Assembly: GCF_000195855.1 (NCBI RefSeq) | Contig: NC_002677.1 | Location: 2,700,001 to 2,732,000, forward strand | DNA from: Mycobacterium leprae TN | Lineage (GTDB): Bacteria > Actinomycetota > Actinomycetes > Mycobacteriales > Mycobacteriaceae | DNA: 32,000 nucleotides | Direction: 5' to 3' | In this document: piece after piece, positions 28,912 through 32,000 of the stretch | Layout: every line of letters starts with the position of its first letter | Numbering within the stretch: the first letter of the stretch is position 1 | Position numbers and translations under genes: made by a program | The notes under the pieces: model-generated | Database searches by the model: none | Seen by the model: only the letters and a program-made list of their open reading frames with translations | Told to the model about the DNA's origin: nothing

Positions 28912-29069
28912 TTCGGACGCTTCAAGTATGCAACATGCTGCTCGCCCGTGGGGCCGGGCAGCACCGCCACTAACTCCCAACTATCGGCGCCCCATTGATC
29001 GAGGATTTGTTTGGTGGCGTGCGTCAGCAGAGGAACCGTGACATACTCCCATGCGGTAGTTTGGCTCAT
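28908..29069 (-). CDS. Small DUF4177-family protein (53 aa), Rv3678A-like; absent from the supplied ORF track
   Basis: My translation of the reverse complement of 28908-29069 gives MSQTTAWEYVTVPLLTHATKQILDQWGADSWELVAVLPGPTGEQHVAYLKRPK*. The WEY...GxxGWELV...KR pattern is typical of DUF4177. It has an ATG start, and its TGA overlaps the RidA ATG. Confidence 0.7.
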   Translation of the reverse strand: MSQTTAWEYVTVPLLTHATKQILDQWGADSWELVAVLPGPTGEQHVAYLKRPK

Positions 29070-29190
29070 GATGCGAGCTTAACGGTCGGATTTCATACAG
29101 CTCTGGTCAGCCTGGTGGCCAGCCACGAGCCCGTGTTGTAAGCACCTACACTGCTTTACGAGGAACGCAGGTCGAGCGGGCTAGCATGCG

Positions 29191-30216
29191 ATGGTGACAC
29201 CCACCTCTGGTAAAGATAGTGCCATCGGCTGGCCCACCCGCTTGTCCAAGGCCCGTTTGCATCTTGTTACAGGCAAAGGCGGTACCGGAAAGTCGACGAT
29301 CGCTGCCGCGTTGGCACTGACCCTGGCAGCAGGAGGCCGCAAAGTCCTTCTCATCGAAGTCGAAGGGCGCCAAGGGATTGCACAACTCTTCGATGTCCCA
29401 CCCCTGCCTTACCAAGAACTAAAAATCGCAACCGCTGCGGGTGGCGGCCAGGTCAACGCCTTGGCCATCGACATCGAGGCCGCGTTCTTGGAATACCTCG
29501 ACATGTTCTACAACCTGGGCCTTGCCGGGCGGGCTATGCGCCGCATCGGTGCGATCGAGTTCGCAACAACGATCGCTCCCGGTCTGCGCGACGTGCTGCT
29601 CACCGGTAAGATCAAAGAGTCGGTGGTTCGCATAAACAAAGGAGCCAAAAACCCAGTCTATGACGCGATAGTTGTCGATGCGCCGCCGACCGGCCGCATC
29701 ACGCGTTTCCTGGATGTCACCAAAGCGGTGTCCAATTTGGCCAAGGACGGACCAGTGCACTCGCAAAGCCAAGGCGTGGTGGAGTTGCTGCACTCCGACC
29801 AGACTGCTATCCACCTAGTCACCCTGCTCGAGGCATTGCCAGTACAAGAGACGCTGGAAGCCATTCAGGAGCTTGCCGACATGGAGCTACCGATCGGCAG
29901 CGTGATCGTGAACCGCAACATACCGTGCTACCTAGGGCACCACGACCTGGCAAAGGTGGCAGAGGGTGACATCGACGCAGACACAGTGCGGAAGGGATTA
30001 GCGATGGCCGGAATCAAGCTCAACGACGCCGACTTCGCCGGCCTGCTGACCGAAACCATTCAGTATGCTATGGTAATTACCACGCGCGCCGAGGCAGCTC
30101 AGCAGCTGGACACCTTGCAGGTACCACGACTAGACCTACCGGCCATCTCCGACGGAGTCGACCTTGGTAACCTGTATGAGCTTTCGGAATCGCTTGCACA
30201 ACAGGGGGTTCGATGA
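29191..30216 (+). CDS. ArsA/Get3-like (SIMIBI-class) ATPase, Rv3679-like
   Basis: 341-aa ORF with the deviant Walker [10 protein letters not shown], including the signature Lys. A Walker B-like IVVDAPPTG is also present. Confidence 0.9.
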   Translation: MVTPTSGKDSAIGWPTRLSKARLHLVTGKGGTGKSTIAAALALTLAAGGRKVLLIEVEGRQGIAQLFDVPPLPYQELKIATAAGGGQVNALAIDIEAAFLEYLDMFYNLGLAGRAMRRIGAIEFATTIAPGLRDVLLTGKIKESVVRINKGAKNPVYDAIVVDAPPTGRITRFLDVTKAVSNLAKDGPVHSQSQGVVELLHSDQTAIHLVTLLEALPVQETLEAIQELADMELPIGSVIVNRNIPCYLGHHDLAKVAEGDIDADTVRKGLAMAGIKLNDADFAGLLTETIQYAMVITTRAEAAQQLDTLQVPRLDLPAISDGVDLGNLYELSESLAQQGVR

Positions 30217-31358
30217 CTGCCCCTACTTCCCACAGGCCGCCTACCCTCGATATGGCAGCGATTTTGGCGGACACTTCCAATCGAGTGGTGGTGTGCTGCG
30301 GCGCCGGGGGCGTAGGCAAAACGACCACTGCGGCCGCGATGGCGTTACAGGCGGCCGAATATGGCCGCACTGTAGTCGTTTTGACGATCGACCCGGCCAA
30401 GCGGTTAGCACAGGCATTGGGAGTCAACGACCTCGGCAACACCCCACAGCGGGTCCCGCTAGCACCCGAAGTCCCCGGTGAATTGCACGCGATGATGCTT
30501 GACATGCGCCGCACATTCGACGAAATGGTCGTCCAATACTCCGGACCGGAGCGGGCACAAGCGATTCTGAATAGCGAATTCTATCAAACGGTCGCCACAT
30601 CGCTTGCTGGCACGCAAGAGTATATGGCAATGGAGAAGCTCGGTCAACTACTTAGCCAGGACCGCTGGGACTTGGTAGTGGTCGATACCCCGCCGTCACG
30701 CAACGCACTGGATTTCCTGGACGCGCCAAAACGGTTGGGAAACTTCATGAATAGCCGACTGGGGAGGCTGCTACTCACCCCCGGACGAGGTATCGGGCGG
30801 CTGGTGACCGGAGCCATGGGATTGGCGATGAGAGCCCTGTCTACGGTGCTCGGTTCACAGATGCTGGCCGACGCAGCAACTTTCGTGCAATCGCTGGACG
30901 CGACATTCGGCGGTTTCCGCGGAAAAGCCGATCGCACCTACGCGCTGCTGAAGCAGCGCGGCACCCAGTTCGTGGTGGTATCGGCGGCCGAACCCGACGC
31001 ACTGCGCGAGGCGTCCTTCTTCGTCGACCGGCTATCGCAGGAAAATATGCCGCTGGCAGGGCTCATGTTAAATCGCACCCACCCGACATTGTGCGCGTTG
31101 CCCGTGGAGCAGGCGATCGACGCAAGCAAGACGCTGCAAGACGAGATCACCAATTCCGCGGCCGCATCCCTGGCGACAGCAGTGCTGAGGATTCATGCCG
31201 ACCGCGGGCAGACCGCCAAGCGCGAGGCCCGGTTGCTGTCTCGCTTCACCGGCGCTAACCCCCACGTACCAGTCATCGGGATACCGTTGCTGCCGTTCGA
31301 CGTATCGGACCTAGAGGCGCTGCGTGCGATCGCCGATCGCCTCACTGCGAGCCACTGA
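30213..31358 (+). CDS. ArsA/Get3-like (SIMIBI-class) ATPase, Rv3680-like, partner of the preceding gene
   Basis: 381-aa ORF with the P-loop GAGGVGKTT, where the signature Lys is replaced by Ala, and a Walker B-like LVVVDTPPS. Its ATG overlaps the upstream stop (ATGA at 30213-30216). Confidence 0.9.
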   Translation: MTAPTSHRPPTLDMAAILADTSNRVVVCCGAGGVGKTTTAAAMALQAAEYGRTVVVLTIDPAKRLAQALGVNDLGNTPQRVPLAPEVPGELHAMMLDMRRTFDEMVVQYSGPERAQAILNSEFYQTVATSLAGTQEYMAMEKLGQLLSQDRWDLVVVDTPPSRNALDFLDAPKRLGNFMNSRLGRLLLTPGRGIGRLVTGAMGLAMRALSTVLGSQMLADAATFVQSLDATFGGFRGKADRTYALLKQRGTQFVVVSAAEPDALREASFFVDRLSQENMPLAGLMLNRTHPTLCALPVEQAIDASKTLQDEITNSAAASLATAVLRIHADRGQTAKREARLLSRFTGANPHVPVIGIPLLPFDVSDLEALRAIADRLTASH

Positions 31359-31462
31359 AGAACCCCGGGAATAGTAACAAGTTAAGTAACTTTGAGTAAT
31401 GCGGGCCTTCCGGAGGCGTCCTCGGTGAACTAAAGCCCCTGATCGACTGAGCCTATACAAAC

Positions 31463-31813
31463 TTAGCTAACATTGCGGTGCTTGCGCGTGTCGAAGAAAT
31501 CCGCCCACGACACGACCTCGGGATGCTGCTTGAGCAGTGCCCGGCGCTGGCGCTCGGTCATGCCTCCCCAAACACCGAACTCAACCTTGTTGTCCAACGC
31601 GTCTGCCCGACACTCCTGCATTACCGGGCAGTGACGACAGATCACCGCGGCTTTACGTTGAGCGGCACCCCGGACAAATAACTCATCCGGATCCGTCGCC
31701 CGACACAACGCTTTGGAAACCCAGGCAATGCGCTCCTCGGCGTCGACACTATGGAGAGGACTCTTGGCGGCGGACAGGTTTGTTCTACGGGCGGCCGGTC
31801 GTGTTTTTGCCAC
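31463..31813 (-). CDS. whiB4: WhiB-family Fe-S redox-sensing transcription factor, WhiB4/Rv3681c-like
   Basis: 116-aa ORF with four Cys in the WhiB arrangement (C...CRHCPVMQEC) and the GVWGG turn followed by a basic tail. The GTG start has a GGAGGAAGG SD about 9 nt upstream. Confidence 0.92.
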   Translation of the reverse strand: MAKTRPAARRTNLSAAKSPLHSVDAEERIAWVSKALCRATDPDELFVRGAAQRKAAVICRHCPVMQECRADALDNKVEFGVWGGMTERQRRALLKQHPEVVSWADFFDTRKHRNVS

Positions 31814-32000
31814 GAGCTGTTACCTTCCTCCCGGCCGCAATTCACGGCCGCCTTCCTCTGGTGAAGACCGTTATGCGATCTACGCCACACCATCTTCATA
31901 GTTGTTATATATCTCACTGTGAGTCTACAGTTAAGTGTGACCAGAGGCCAATTGCACAACAATCTGATAACGCTTTTTTAAGGACAAGCGTTCCTTCCCG

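Noticed and set aside
31359-31462. Possible bidirectional terminator between the second ATPase gene and whiB4
   Set aside because: The best stems I could find (gagg-cgt-cctc, gcct-tccgg-aggc) are only 4 bp, which is not convincing.
31913-31923. Palindrome ctcac-t-gtgag about 100 bp upstream of whiB4, plus nearby TGTGA words, considered as a CRP or WhiB4 operator
   Set aside because: With 5-bp arms, dozens of such palindromes are expected by chance in the window. No TGTGA-N6-TCACA spacing could be made to fit.
1-32000. Search for CRISPR arrays, intact IS/transposase genes, rRNA, and the M. leprae dispersed repeats (RLEP and similar) or known VNTR loci
   Set aside because: I saw no regularly spaced direct repeats, no transposase-like ORF and none of the RLEP sequence strings I remember. 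Apart from the 19-bp duplication, only trivial 6-7-bp tandem repeats are present (e.g. cctctaa x2 at about 21268-21284, ttgatt x2 near 5203). A by-eye search cannot exclude diverged repeat copies.

Overview
The window reads as a mycobacterial chromosome in advanced reductive evolution, most like Mycobacterium leprae or a close relative. That assignment is my inference from about 58% GC, near-identity of several products to M. tuberculosis proteins, and the pseudogene density.

By my reading roughly half of the 32 kb is dead coding sequence.

Intact genes fall into three groups:
- 1-4148: menJ-like 5' end, grcC1, htpX and a SulP anion transporter.
- 13408-14178: a lone Rv3662c-like gene.
- 20556-31813: S1 protease, holin-X-like membrane protein, EphE-like hydrolase, marP, Nudix, TlpA-like thioredoxin, nth, crp, MBL hydrolase, RidA, a DUF4177 mini-ORF missing from the ORF track, two ArsA/Get3-like ATPases and whiB4.

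The DNA between them holds recognisable wrecks:
- gpdA1, an EthA-like monooxygenase and a YajQ-like gene, followed by an apparently intact tRNA-Tyr.
- An AbiEi/AbiEii pair plus an Mrr-type nuclease fragment directly after tRNA-Tyr.
- lysE/lysG and a class-A flavin monooxygenase.
- The whole dppDCBA operon and acs.

I found no CRISPR array, intact IS element or rRNA, and no convincingly new multi-gene system.

The items most worth a second look:
- The decayed defence islet at tRNA-Tyr.
- A 365-bp ORF-free gap in the position where M. tuberculosis encodes the 6S-like sRNA MTS2823/Ms1.
- A degenerate Fic-like motif in the retained Rv3662c-like protein.
- Asymmetric P-loops in the paired ATPases.
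- A non-canonical nucleophile elbow in the EphE-like hydrolase.
- An extremely AT-rich tract with a perfect inverted repeat upstream of the SulP gene.

Pseudogene boundaries are approximate.
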